From a candidate division TM6 bacterium GW2011_GWF2_32_72 (GTDB taxonomy: Bacteria; Babelota; Babeliae; Babelales; GWF2-32-72), in assembly GCA_000989525.1 (NCBI GenBank), contig LBON01000006.1, positions 7,914 through 71,913 of the forward strand: a stretch of 64,000 nt of DNA, written 5' to 3'. Numbering within the stretch: position 1 is the stretch's first letter; the number at the start of each line of letters is the position of its first letter. Position numbers and translations under genes: made by a program. Under the pieces are notes generated by a model that saw only the letters and a program-made list of their open reading frames with translations, was not told the DNA's origin and searched no databases. Below are positions 15,654 through 24,901 of the stretch, in pieces.

Positions 15654-17102
15654 CTAATTAGAACTCATATAACCAGCATGGAGCAAGTTTTCCAACTCTT
15701 CATTTAAAGCGTCAACTTGATCACAGGCTGTATATAAAGTTCTTTGCATACTCTTTAAAAATTCAGCTTTTTTATCAGACTTTCTTAACGAAGCTAACTG
15801 AGCAAATTCAAGTGCAGATTTGTAAACCAATTCAACACATGCAGGGCAAAATGTTAACAAAGAGTCTCTTTCTTTAATTTTCATTTCAACAGCTTTTTTA
15901 TCTTCTTTAAGAACATTGTCGATGATTTCTGTTTCAACACTTAACAAGCGCTCAATTTCTTTAACACTGCGACCATTATAATCACGACTACCTCTAAGCT
16001 TATCTAAAGAATCTTTAAATAAATTTTGGCCACGAACATATCGAATTCCTTTAGGAGAAGCTTCTGAAGCTGCACTAACTGGCATTACATAGCCTTCTTC
16101 AAATATTTCATAATTTTTTAATTTTTTTTCTTTAGGAGAAAGGGTCTTGTAAGTTTCTTTCTTTATATTATAAGCAATATCATTTTGAAGTCTTTGTTTA
16201 CGCTCCCAAGCCTCAAACTCTTTTTGCTTTTCCAGTCTCTCTTGCCTTATTGCTTCTTGTTCTCTTCTTAAAGCTTCTCTTGCTTGCGCCAACTGCAAGA
16301 CAGCTTCTTTTTTTTGTTGAACAAGTTCTTGTTGTTTTTGTTTTTTTGCTGTTTTTTCCGACTCTTTAACTTGTTTATTTAATTCTTTTTGTTTTTCGCG
16401 AGCTTGTTTTTCTGCATCTTTTTTCAATTTTTTTTCTTTTTTTATCGCTTCATTATTTATTCGACGCTGTTCTTTTTCTTTCTTGCGTGCCAACTTTTTA
16501 AGGTTTTGTTCCTCATTTTTTTTGTTTTTTTCATCTTTTTGTTCTTGTTTTAATTCTTCTTTATTCCCTTGGTCTTCTTTTTTTATAAAACGGTGAGAAG
16601 ATTCAGTTGGTTTACTAAATAATGAACACCAAAAACCAGTTGGCTCAACAGACTCATCTTTTTTTTCGTTAACCAATTTATTTTTCGTTTTTTTGTCTAC
16701 TTTTCTTGCTTCCTTTTTATCCTGTTTTTCCTGAGCCATCTTTTGACGATTTGATTCTTTTTGTAATTCACGCTCTAACTTTTCTGCTTCCTTACGCTGC
16801 TCAACCAAAGCCCTTTCTTTTTCTCTTGCCTGAACTCGAGCCTTTTCTTCAGCCTCCTTGCGCTGTTTTTCTCTTTCTTGTTCACGAATTTTGGCTTTAC
16901 GCAATTCTTCTTTTTGACGAATTTTTAATTCAGCAGGACTTATTTCTTCAGAAAAAAACAAAGACTTAATTGAATACCATGTTTTACCAAAAGCACCAGC
17001 TTCATCTACAGTATTTTCTGCCTTAATTAAACAAAAACTATAAAAACTCAAAAACAATAAAAATAATCTTATTTTCCACATTCTTTGCTCCTTATTTTTC
17101 AA
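15654..17102 (-). CDS. Secreted K/E/Q/R-rich coiled-coil-like protein, unknown function
   Basis: ORF 482 aa with hydrophobic N-terminus WKIRLFLLFLSFYSFCLIKA. A long charged low-complexity stretch (REQEREKQRKEAEEKARVQAREKERALVEQRKEAEKLERELQKE...) is followed by a non-repetitive C-terminal region of about 170 aa. Antisense track ORF 16706-16969 is spurious. Confidence 0.75.
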   Translation of the reverse strand: MKNKEQRMWKIRLFLLFLSFYSFCLIKAENTVDEAGAFGKTWYSIKSLFFSEEISPAELKIRQKEELRKAKIREQEREKQRKEAEEKARVQAREKERALVEQRKEAEKLERELQKESNRQKMAQEKQDKKEARKVDKKTKNKLVNEKKDESVEPTGFWCSLFSKPTESSHRFIKKEDQGNKEELKQEQKDEKNKKNEEQNLKKLARKKEKEQRRINNEAIKKEKKLKKDAEKQAREKQKELNKQVKESEKTAKKQKQQELVQQKKEAVLQLAQAREALRREQEAIRQERLEKQKEFEAWERKQRLQNDIAYNIKKETYKTLSPKEKKLKNYEIFEEGYVMPVSAASEASPKGIRYVRGQNLFKDSLDKLRGSRDYNGRSVKEIERLLSVETEIIDNVLKEDKKAVEMKIKERDSLLTFCPACVELVYKSALEFAQLASLRKSDKKAEFLKSMQRTLYTACDQVDALNEELENLLHAGYMSSN

Positions 17103-17196
17103 TAATCAACTCAAAACCCAAATTAAACTACATATACATAATCACCATAAACGAATCAATATTTATTCCAAAAGGTCAAGTTTTATTTTTTATCAA

Positions 17197-18864
17197 CTAA
17201 AAAAAACACCTTAAAAACATCCAAAATGAATTATATGTAAAAATACCTGAAACCAAGGGAAGATATTTTTCAGTATCGTTTATAAACCAAGAAATTATAC
17301 TACCCAAAATTAAGCCTATACAATAATCAAGAGGCATTAAAAAACCACTTAAAATTAACATTGAATTTTGATTACACAAAAATAAAATATACCCAAATAT
17401 TGAACCAAGAAGCGCTACCCACAAATTAAAACTATTAAAATTTATCAACAAAGCTCTTATCTGTGCTCTTTGCGCAAGTAATTCATCTGAACCCAATCCA
17501 AAATTTTTAATAAGAAGCCAAAGAACTATTCCAACAAATAAAGAACTAACAATTAAGCCCAAAGCTTGATATCTCACCAACTTATTTTTTTCAAGATCCA
17601 ATAACAGCCCAATTTTTCTGCCAAATAAAACATCTACCGCCACACCAATACTAACTTCTACAAATGTTGCTATAAAAGTAATTTGCACAAATCCTGAATC
17701 AAAAATAAATAGTGCCGGAACCATTACAAATGTAGCAAAGCGACCTAATGGCGCCAGACCGGTGTTTCCTGCTATATAAACAACCTGATAAATAGCGACT
17801 ACGACACCAAAAAAAAGATAAAGTTGCTGCCAAATAGACATTTCAAAAAAATAAAAAAAGGAAATAACAAATGGAGTATAAATTACGATTTCCCAAAATC
17901 TTAAACGTGATGCCTTATCACCAATCATTTCCCAAGCTTTCCGCTTTAACCAAAAATTCTTAATACCATTTATTATAAATCTAGGGGCACTCATAAATCC
18001 TAATGAAGCACTAGTAAAAATCATACCACTGCAAAATGCCAATAAAAAATCGGGAGATTCAATATCAGAAAAGAAAAAATGTTCTATAGGATCTACTAAA
18101 AAATATTTAGTTGCAGTTCCTATAAATAAAGGTAACCCAACATACTTACCAGCAACAAAACCTATGCTAAGCAATAAAGGCATAGTATCAAAATGAAATT
18201 TTACAGCCGGAAAACATACTGAAAAATTTTGGCCACAAATACAAAAAGGATTCCAAAGAGTTAAGACCCGAGGCAACACCCGAACTCCAAACCACTTAAT
18301 CTGTAAAACTGAATAAAACGCCGCACAGGCAAATCCAATCATTAATTCTTTAGCTTTTTTAAATTTTTCTTGCGCATTTATTAAGCCAGCCACCATCTGC
18401 GCAACTGGAAAACGCAAACCTTCTTCAATAAGAACTTCATGTTCTAATAAATTTGCAAAAATGAATCCAAAGCCTCCAGCAACCAAGGACAAACAAAACA
18501 CGATGGATACAAAATAAAAAGGAGATTGCAACCACGAATTAAAAACTTGAGGAGCAAGAAAATATAATGTAGGAAAAGAAAAACCAAAAGCCGTACCAAT
18601 AATGCCACCAATAGAACCAGAAATCACAACCAACGCCAACGCCTCTTTTTTAAATTCATGGCGCAATACACCTCGAAAAAAAAATGAGGTCATCAATACT
18701 AATGTAGGAGCAACCCAAGGACCAAAGGGGACAACCATAGAAATGTAAGTCATAACAGCCACAGAAAAAACAGCTGCCGCTATACTGGTAAAAAAAACCA
18801 ATAACTTCACACAACTCCCTTTACAGTTACTATAAAAAAACAGTAAAATCCTGCAAAGAAGCAA
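17197..18864 (-). CDS. Polytopic membrane transporter (possibly OPT-family-like)
   Basis: ORF 555 aa with many hydrophobic segments throughout. EEGLRFPVAQMVAGLI recalls the OPT-family FP-x-G-x-A segment. The family call is from memory only. The true start may lie downstream of 18864. Confidence 0.7.
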   Translation of the reverse strand: MLLCRILLFFYSNCKGSCVKLLVFFTSIAAAVFSVAVMTYISMVVPFGPWVAPTLVLMTSFFFRGVLRHEFKKEALALVVISGSIGGIIGTAFGFSFPTLYFLAPQVFNSWLQSPFYFVSIVFCLSLVAGGFGFIFANLLEHEVLIEEGLRFPVAQMVAGLINAQEKFKKAKELMIGFACAAFYSVLQIKWFGVRVLPRVLTLWNPFCICGQNFSVCFPAVKFHFDTMPLLLSIGFVAGKYVGLPLFIGTATKYFLVDPIEHFFFSDIESPDFLLAFCSGMIFTSASLGFMSAPRFIINGIKNFWLKRKAWEMIGDKASRLRFWEIVIYTPFVISFFYFFEMSIWQQLYLFFGVVVAIYQVVYIAGNTGLAPLGRFATFVMVPALFIFDSGFVQITFIATFVEVSIGVAVDVLFGRKIGLLLDLEKNKLVRYQALGLIVSSLFVGIVLWLLIKNFGLGSDELLAQRAQIRALLINFNSFNLWVALLGSIFGYILFLCNQNSMLILSGFLMPLDYCIGLILGSIISWFINDTEKYLPLVSGIFTYNSFWMFLRCFF

Positions 18865-18889
18865 ATTTAATTATTAAATAAGGATTTCA

Positions 18890-20131
18890 ATGAAAATAAA
18901 TATAATAAGTACTCCTAATAGAAGATCGCTCACTTGTCTAGCTTTTATTTTTTTTTGCAACATAAATGGACAACCTGAATTTGATTATAATTTATGCAAT
19001 ACAGATCTAGAACCTCATTTCACAGGTCAAAATCCTCTTGATTACGATCAAGAATACAATCCACATAAAGATGTATTACCAGATGAAAGACCAGAACTTC
19101 GCTGTGAAATAGAAAATTGGGAAACCGAAAATTACACCGATCCTTTATTTAAGCCTCGATACCTAAAACAAAGCAAACGTGTAAACCAAGATTTACAAGA
19201 AATTTTTGGATTCGAAAAAATTACATTTTGCTCAGTCGAACAATCAATTAAAAATGCATATATTCTTAAGGGCTTAATACAAATTAATCCAAATAATAAA
19301 AAAATTATTATTTGTGCTGGCGGTTTTTTACCCGGCAATAAAGAAGGTTTAGCCGTTTTGCGCAGACATTTTCCAGAAGATCATGACATGTTGTTATTTG
19401 ATTTCAGACATAGAGGAGAAAGTGGAGGCAAACTAATGGAGCCTTTATTTAAAATAAAAAAAATATCAGGCTTTATATCTAATACAATGTCTCTTGCTAA
19501 TCCAATTAACTGGTGCTACAGAACAGGAGCCATAAAAGATGCTCAAAACATAATCGATCACATAGGCAACTACGGGGTTGAAGAATATAAAGATGTTTTA
19601 GGTGCAATAAATTATGTAAATATTTTCTACCCAAAAAAAGAAATCATATTATTTGGATTATGCTCAGGAGCATTCCATTCAGTACATGCTCTATTGCATT
19701 TATCAGAAAAAGAAATGAGCAACTGCAATATTAAAGGTGCTATTTTTGATAGCCTATGGGGCAACATAGAAGAAACAGGAATCCATGCTGCACAAGCAGA
19801 GCTACTTAATAAAGGATTCATATCTACGTCACTTTACTATAGCTTACAATTTTTAAACTGGTCCATTGTACATGAAAAACTAGAAAAAAATAAATCAACA
19901 ACTTCATTATTTGGCAAAATGCAAAAACTAAACAATTTCCCTATGCTAATTATGCATTGTGTAGAAGATACTTACACACCAATTGATCAAATAAAACAAC
20001 TTCTTTCAGAAATTGAAGATCAATCAAATATAACATTCTGGGAAATTACAAACTCAAGACATCCTTATAATCAATTCAAACAAAAATATGAATATGTAAA
20101 ACATGTACGAAAATTTTTAAAAAATATTTAA
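18890..20131 (+). CDS. Alpha/beta-hydrolase-fold protein with signal-like N-terminus (Cys in the nucleophile elbow)
   Basis: ORF 413 aa. EIILFGLCSGAFHS has a G-x-C-x-G elbow. Downstream are HCVEDTYTPID (acid) and NSRHPYN (His). The N-terminus is SLTCLAFIFFCNINGQ. The 3' end (gtacgaaaattt at 20105-20116) resembles the outer end of the abutting repeat. Confidence 0.75.
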   Translation: MKINIISTPNRRSLTCLAFIFFCNINGQPEFDYNLCNTDLEPHFTGQNPLDYDQEYNPHKDVLPDERPELRCEIENWETENYTDPLFKPRYLKQSKRVNQDLQEIFGFEKITFCSVEQSIKNAYILKGLIQINPNNKKIIICAGGFLPGNKEGLAVLRRHFPEDHDMLLFDFRHRGESGGKLMEPLFKIKKISGFISNTMSLANPINWCYRTGAIKDAQNIIDHIGNYGVEEYKDVLGAINYVNIFYPKKEIILFGLCSGAFHSVHALLHLSEKEMSNCNIKGAIFDSLWGNIEETGIHAAQAELLNKGFISTSLYYSLQFLNWSIVHEKLEKNKSTTSLFGKMQKLNNFPMLIMHCVEDTYTPIDQIKQLLSEIEDQSNITFWEITNSRHPYNQFKQKYEYVKHVRKFLKNI

Positions 20132-20512
20132 GAACTTATACGAAAATTTAAAAACACTGATTTTTTTACATCAGAAAAAGACTCGTCCTTCGATACAAAT
20201 CCTTACTGCGTTCGGATTCACTCAGGATGAGATCCTTCGACTAGCTCAAGATGACATCCGTCATATTAATTTATATTTTGTTTCATTGTTTTAGTGCTGT
20301 AGCCTAAACAATATGATTATTATTAAATAACGTTCTCCACGGGTTTTAAGCCATGGTATCCTAAACATTCCTAATGAAATTCACTAATTATTTTAAAAAA
20401 AAAGACGGATGTCATTCTAAGCTAGTCGAAGGATCTCATCCTGAGTGAATCCGAACGCAGTAAGGATTTGTATCGAAGGACGAGTCCTTTTAATAATTTT
20501 CGTACAAACTCT
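20131..20512. mobile_element. MITE-like inverted-repeat element, copy 3 (full length, long composite arms on both sides)
   Basis: The outer end agaacttatacgaaaatttaaaaacactgattttttt starts on the stop codon of the hydrolase gene. Arms: gactcgtccttcgatacaaatccttactgcgttcggattcactcaggatgagatccttcgactagctcaagatgacatccgtc (20180-20262) and its complement (20404-20487). The right end is ttttcgtacaaactct. Confidence 0.9.
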
Positions 20513-20517
20513 AACAT

Positions 20518-20553
20518 AAAACTAGAGGGCCCAAAAAAGGCCCTCTAGTTTTG
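20518..20553. terminator. Bidirectional rho-independent terminator
   Basis: Perfect 11-bp stem actagagggcc / ggccctctagt (20521-20531, 20539-20549) with loop caaaaaa. A-run upstream and T-run downstream. It sits between the hydrolase/MITE and the convergent 84-aa gene. Confidence 0.7.
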
Positions 20554-20609
20554 ATTAAATTAAAATTAATTAACTAAATTTTTTAATTTAATTTTGTTGA
20601 TACAATTAT

Positions 20610-20864
20610 TTATTTCTTTAAATAAAAAAGTGTGCCTAAAGATAATATTGCACAGGAACCCGCAACAAGCGGTCTTAAAGACATAGACTTATCAGAAATA
20701 AAAACTGGTTTTTCTGCTGAATCCGCAAACATCGCGTCTACATCAACCGCAGAATTAGGTTGAAATTCAAAAACGGCTGGTCTTTTTTCAACAGTTTTAT
20801 TTTCATTCGCTAATAAAGATTCAGCACCTATTCCTAATAACAAAAGCAAAGCCAATTTTTTCAT
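20610..20864 (-). CDS. Small secreted/membrane protein, unknown function
   Basis: ORF 84 aa with signal peptide MKKLALLLLLGIGAESLLA and C-terminal hydrophobic segment LVAGSCAILSLGTLFYL. Confidence 0.6.
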   Translation of the reverse strand: MKKLALLLLLGIGAESLLANENKTVEKRPAVFEFQPNSAVDVDAMFADSAEKPVFISDKSMSLRPLVAGSCAILSLGTLFYLKK

Positions 20865-21016
20865 AAAAAACCCTTCATTAAAAATATAAAACTAGGGCAA
20901 GCTTAATACAAATCCCAACATATGCAAGAAATCATTGTATCCTTTTTTTATTTCTTATTAATTAAACAAATAATTAAGATTAAAACTAAAATTTAATCCG
21001 CTCACAAACAATTTTA

Positions 21017-21047
21017 TGCAAACAAAAGGCTCCAAATAAGGAGCCTT
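21017..21047 (-). terminator. Rho-independent terminator of the 269-aa gene
   Basis: Stem aaggctcc / ggagcctt (21026-21033, 21040-21047). On the minus strand it is followed by ttttgtttg, 29 nt after the stop at 21076. Confidence 0.55.
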
Positions 21048-21075
21048 GATAATTTATTATGCTAAATAATTCTTA

Positions 21076-21885
21076 TTATTTAGCTGGCTTATTTACATAT
21101 TTATCCATAAACAATTTAACTTTATCTGGTATAGAATATAAGAAGGAACCCAAGAACATATTGATTTCTGTTAAAATATTATTAAAATCTTCAAAACTTT
21201 TAACTTCTTTTTTTAATCGATCAACTTCTTTTCCATTTTTTTCATAAGCAAAAATTTTAAGATAACTATTTTCAAGTTGACCCTCTTTAACATATTCATC
21301 CACCAACTCTTTGACAATATCCTTCATCGCTTGAACATAAGAAATAAACATTTGGTTCGTTTTAATAAATTCATCCATAACCTCTTTTAAACCTGCATTT
21401 AAAATAGGTGTTAGATCATGACCATCTACCAATTTATTCCATTCAGCATCAAATAAATCTTTATCATCTTCATAAAGATCCATTAATGAAGAACGCTTTG
21501 GTTGCAAATCAATCAATCTATCTTTTTCAAGTTTTACTAAATCTTGAAGACTGAATTTTTTGTCACCAATCTGAAATAAACCTTCTCTTTTTTTTGTTTT
21601 AGGATCCATTTTTCCAATTATTATGTCTTGAATATGGGCTCTAAGCTTAAAGATTTTTCCAACCGTTTCTAATTGCAATAAACCAGCGGTTTCATTAATC
21701 ACTTTTATTATTGGATGCGTGAACTTTATTTTGTCTAATTTAATCTTGCTTTCAGCTTTTTTTTGAGAAATATTTTCAACACTATCATCCAGAGACAATG
21801 AATTTTCAGGTGCCGCATCTGCGGAAAAGACCGATGAAATCAAAAATAATGGTGTTGCAACAATTAAAACTTTTTTAATTTTCAT
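21076..21885 (-). CDS. Secreted protein, unknown function
   Basis: ORF 269 aa with signal peptide MKIKKVLIVATPLFLISSVFSADA. No recognisable motif. Antisense track ORF 21059-21247 is spurious. Confidence 0.75.
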   Translation of the reverse strand: MKIKKVLIVATPLFLISSVFSADAAPENSLSLDDSVENISQKKAESKIKLDKIKFTHPIIKVINETAGLLQLETVGKIFKLRAHIQDIIIGKMDPKTKKREGLFQIGDKKFSLQDLVKLEKDRLIDLQPKRSSLMDLYEDDKDLFDAEWNKLVDGHDLTPILNAGLKEVMDEFIKTNQMFISYVQAMKDIVKELVDEYVKEGQLENSYLKIFAYEKNGKEVDRLKKEVKSFEDFNNILTEINMFLGSFLYSIPDKVKLFMDKYVNKPAK

Positions 21886-21914
21886 TTAAAAACTCCCTTT
21901 AATAAAATTATTTC

Positions 21915-23657
21915 TTAATAATTACACTCTAACTTCAATCCTATGGAAAAATCTTTTCCTATGCCCTGACTTGCAAATGTTTTATCACCATTTAAAGATA
22001 AAATTAAACTATAAGTAGGCTTTGTAACTTTATAGCTAAGACCACCAAAAGCCTTTATTTGATATGCATTAACTGTTTCGGCCCATGGTCTATGAAGATT
22101 CAAACCAAATCCCTGAGGCGTTTTTATATCATTCACAACCATTTTTGTTTTATACCAAAAATCCATACCTGTATTAAAATCAAAAACGTCTGCCAAGGTT
22201 AACCAAATTCCATTAAAAGATTTTAACGCTATTCCTTGCCAAACGCTTGAATCAAACACAAAAGGGAAAAACTTTGTATTAAATTTATCATTTAAAAATG
22301 CATTGTTTTCAATAATATTTTGTAAATTTTTAATTTCTTGAGGGCTATTTACATACCAATTACGGTCATAATCCTTTTTTTGATCTTGAGCTAAAAAGAA
22401 AAGTTTTTCATTGTTTGGAACAAAAAACTCAATCTCAGATTTATTTTTAAACACCAACCGTCTATGCACTTCAAAACAAGGAGAAACGAATAATCCCAAA
22501 CTAAGTGTTTTAGCACCAAAGCCTCGATCCAACAAATTAGATCCTAGATGATCCATAATACTAGTTCCAAGATCCATAATATAATCCTGCAATCTAGCCG
22601 TTACTTCTTCCATGATCTTTTCTTCACCTTCATGCTTTTTCCAGTATTCTAAAATTCGCTCAAGAACAGCAAAATCTGCATGAAATCCGTTTTGTTTTTT
22701 AAATGGATGCTCACCAATAAGACCCGAATGCTTCCAAGCAGTTGGAATTGTTACATCTAAACCCAAATTAAAATCAACTGGCCCTAAACTAAAAAAATAT
22801 CTTTCCAAACTTAATCTCAAGTCACCTACACCAATGCTGTCGCACAATAAATGATCTTTTGCAAACTTCTTAAACAATTTATCGGATGAAGTCTTGTTTT
22901 GCGCCTGAGTTTGCGCTTCATTTTCTTCATCATAAACACTCTCATCAGGCTTATCATCTCCAAATTTAAGAAGGCCTGAGTTTTCCAATTTTTTTTGATC
23001 TGACCAACTTAACCAATAATGTCTAAGCATAAAAAAGGCTGGTAATTTAACATTTAATAAACAATTTTTAATAAATAAATTGTAATCAAACATAAAACCC
23101 AGCTTCCATTCCAAAACCTTTATTTTTCTAAAAAAATGTAACAAGTCTGGAATTTGCGCAACACCTTTAAGTGTTTGAAATTCGGGACTTGTTATTCTTT
23201 CCATTAATTTTGAATTGTCAAAATTAACATAAGAATCAATTTGTGAACTATCTTTTGTAAAATACATGCCTGGAGTGTGATTGAAAAACAATGTTGCTCC
23301 AAAGGACCATTTATTCATTCTAAAATAATTAATTCCATCTTTTGAACAGAAAAATTGAGGCCAGTCTTGAATCGCGCGTGTAACAAATTGGTTGGTTCTT
23401 AAAAAAATACCTTCGGGCAAAACTTCCTGCGCCTTTAAATTTACAATCAACATTGTTGCAAATTCTTCTGGCGTTGGACTTCTAAAAACGGAATCATCCG
23501 GTAAATCATCTAAAAAGCCAGGCAAAACACCGTCATCATCAGTCGAGAAATAATCATAATCTTCAATATCTGAAGCATTTAAAGAAACTGTCAAAAACAC
23601 AACTAAAAACAATCTAAAAAACCAAGAGCCTTTATCTAGCATAATAATCTTCACCAA
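21915..23657 (-). CDS. Secreted protein, candidate outer-membrane beta-barrel
   Basis: ORF 580 aa with N-terminal hydrophobic FFRLFLVVFLTVSLNA. The C-terminal third shows alternating-pattern strands and ends ...FSIGLKLECNY with a terminal aromatic, as in many OMPs. Function unknown. Confidence 0.75.
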   Translation of the reverse strand: MVKIIMLDKGSWFFRLFLVVFLTVSLNASDIEDYDYFSTDDDGVLPGFLDDLPDDSVFRSPTPEEFATMLIVNLKAQEVLPEGIFLRTNQFVTRAIQDWPQFFCSKDGINYFRMNKWSFGATLFFNHTPGMYFTKDSSQIDSYVNFDNSKLMERITSPEFQTLKGVAQIPDLLHFFRKIKVLEWKLGFMFDYNLFIKNCLLNVKLPAFFMLRHYWLSWSDQKKLENSGLLKFGDDKPDESVYDEENEAQTQAQNKTSSDKLFKKFAKDHLLCDSIGVGDLRLSLERYFFSLGPVDFNLGLDVTIPTAWKHSGLIGEHPFKKQNGFHADFAVLERILEYWKKHEGEEKIMEEVTARLQDYIMDLGTSIMDHLGSNLLDRGFGAKTLSLGLFVSPCFEVHRRLVFKNKSEIEFFVPNNEKLFFLAQDQKKDYDRNWYVNSPQEIKNLQNIIENNAFLNDKFNTKFFPFVFDSSVWQGIALKSFNGIWLTLADVFDFNTGMDFWYKTKMVVNDIKTPQGFGLNLHRPWAETVNAYQIKAFGGLSYKVTKPTYSLILSLNGDKTFASQGIGKDFSIGLKLECNY

Positions 23658-23825
23658 GAAAAGGGTTTAATAAAATTTAATTAATTATTTACTTCAAAAA
23701 AAATAAAGTAAAATCATAGGTTATTTATTCTACATTAGAATCTTCGTAAAATCAAAATTGCTCCAAAATGAAATTTAGGTAGAATTAATAAAAAGCCCCA
23801 AAAACTATTTAATAAAAGGATATTC

Positions 23826-24563
23826 ATGAATAACCATCTATTCAAACAACAATGCCTAATTGTTGAAGGAAACGTAGGCGCTGGTAAATCAACATTTTTA
23901 AAAATACTTCAAAAATATTTTGCTGTTCAAACGGTTTTTGAACCTCTCTATAGATGGCAACACGTTGTAGGAGATGAAAATTTATTAGATAAATTCTACA
24001 AAGATACAACAAGATGGGCGTATACCTTTCAGTCATATGCGTTCATAACAAGAGTGCTTGAACAAAAAATAAATGCAGAAAAAAACACAACCCCAGTTCA
24101 AATTCTTGAACGATCGGTTTACACAGATAGATATTGTTTTGCTAAAAATTGTTTTGAAATGGGTACAATTTCTCCACTAGAATGGGAACTTTATCAAGAA
24201 TGGTTTTCTTGGTTAGTCGATAATTACACAACAAAACCAGATGGCTTTATTTATCTTCAAACAGACCCTCAGGTCTGCTTTGACAGAATGAAAAACCGCA
24301 ATAGAACGGAAGAAAACGCAATCCCTCTTGATTATATTCAAAAACTACATAATAAACATGAAGAGTGGTTAATCAAAAAAAATGGCGTTGTTCCATATAT
24401 TGCAAACACACCAGTTTTAGTTTTAGAATGTAACGAAGATTTTGAAAACAATATCGTTCAGCAGCAACTTCACGTAGAAAAAATAGCCAAATTCTTTAAG
24501 TTGGAACACTGTTTAATTGCTAATCATGTTACAAAAGAAATAGAAATCTCTTGTAAAAAATAA
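23826..24563 (+). CDS. Deoxynucleoside kinase (dCK/dGK/dNK family)
   Basis: ORF 245 aa with P-loop EGNVGAGKSTFL. ERSVYTDRYCFAKN matches the ERS-x-x-SDRY-IFA motif of dCK/dGK-type kinases. It also has the Arg-rich lid RMKNRNRTEE. Confidence 0.9.
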   Translation: MNNHLFKQQCLIVEGNVGAGKSTFLKILQKYFAVQTVFEPLYRWQHVVGDENLLDKFYKDTTRWAYTFQSYAFITRVLEQKINAEKNTTPVQILERSVYTDRYCFAKNCFEMGTISPLEWELYQEWFSWLVDNYTTKPDGFIYLQTDPQVCFDRMKNRNRTEENAIPLDYIQKLHNKHEEWLIKKNGVVPYIANTPVLVLECNEDFENNIVQQQLHVEKIAKFFKLEHCLIANHVTKEIEISCKK

Positions 24564-24631
24564 TAAATCAGCAGTAAAATGAATTTTTCATAGATTTAAA
24601 ATCACACATACCAAAATTAGAAAGGACTAAT

Positions 24632-24880
24632 ATGGATGATTTAATGTACTATGCAAAAGCCGCCAGATATATAGCCGCCGGATTATGTATGGCAATAGGA
24701 ACTGTAGGACCTGCTCTTGGACAAGGATTTATCGGGTCAGAAACTGTAAAAAGTATCGGAAAATATCCAGAAAGTGCTAGTAAAATTCAAGGTGCTATGC
24801 TTGTTTCTATGGGTATCATAGAATCATCAGCCGTATATGCTCTTCTTATAGCAGTGCTTTTACTTTTTGTTTCCATATAA
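24632..24880 (+). CDS. atpE: F0F1 ATP synthase subunit c
   Basis: ORF 82 aa forming a two-helix hairpin: GLCMAIGTVGPALGQGFIG ... MLVSMGIIESSAVYALLIAVLLLF, with the carboxylate in IIES. Confidence 0.92.
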   Translation: MDDLMYYAKAARYIAAGLCMAIGTVGPALGQGFIGSETVKSIGKYPESASKIQGAMLVSMGIIESSAVYALLIAVLLLFVSI

Positions 24881-24901
24881 TTAAACAAAATAGGTCTTCG
24901 C

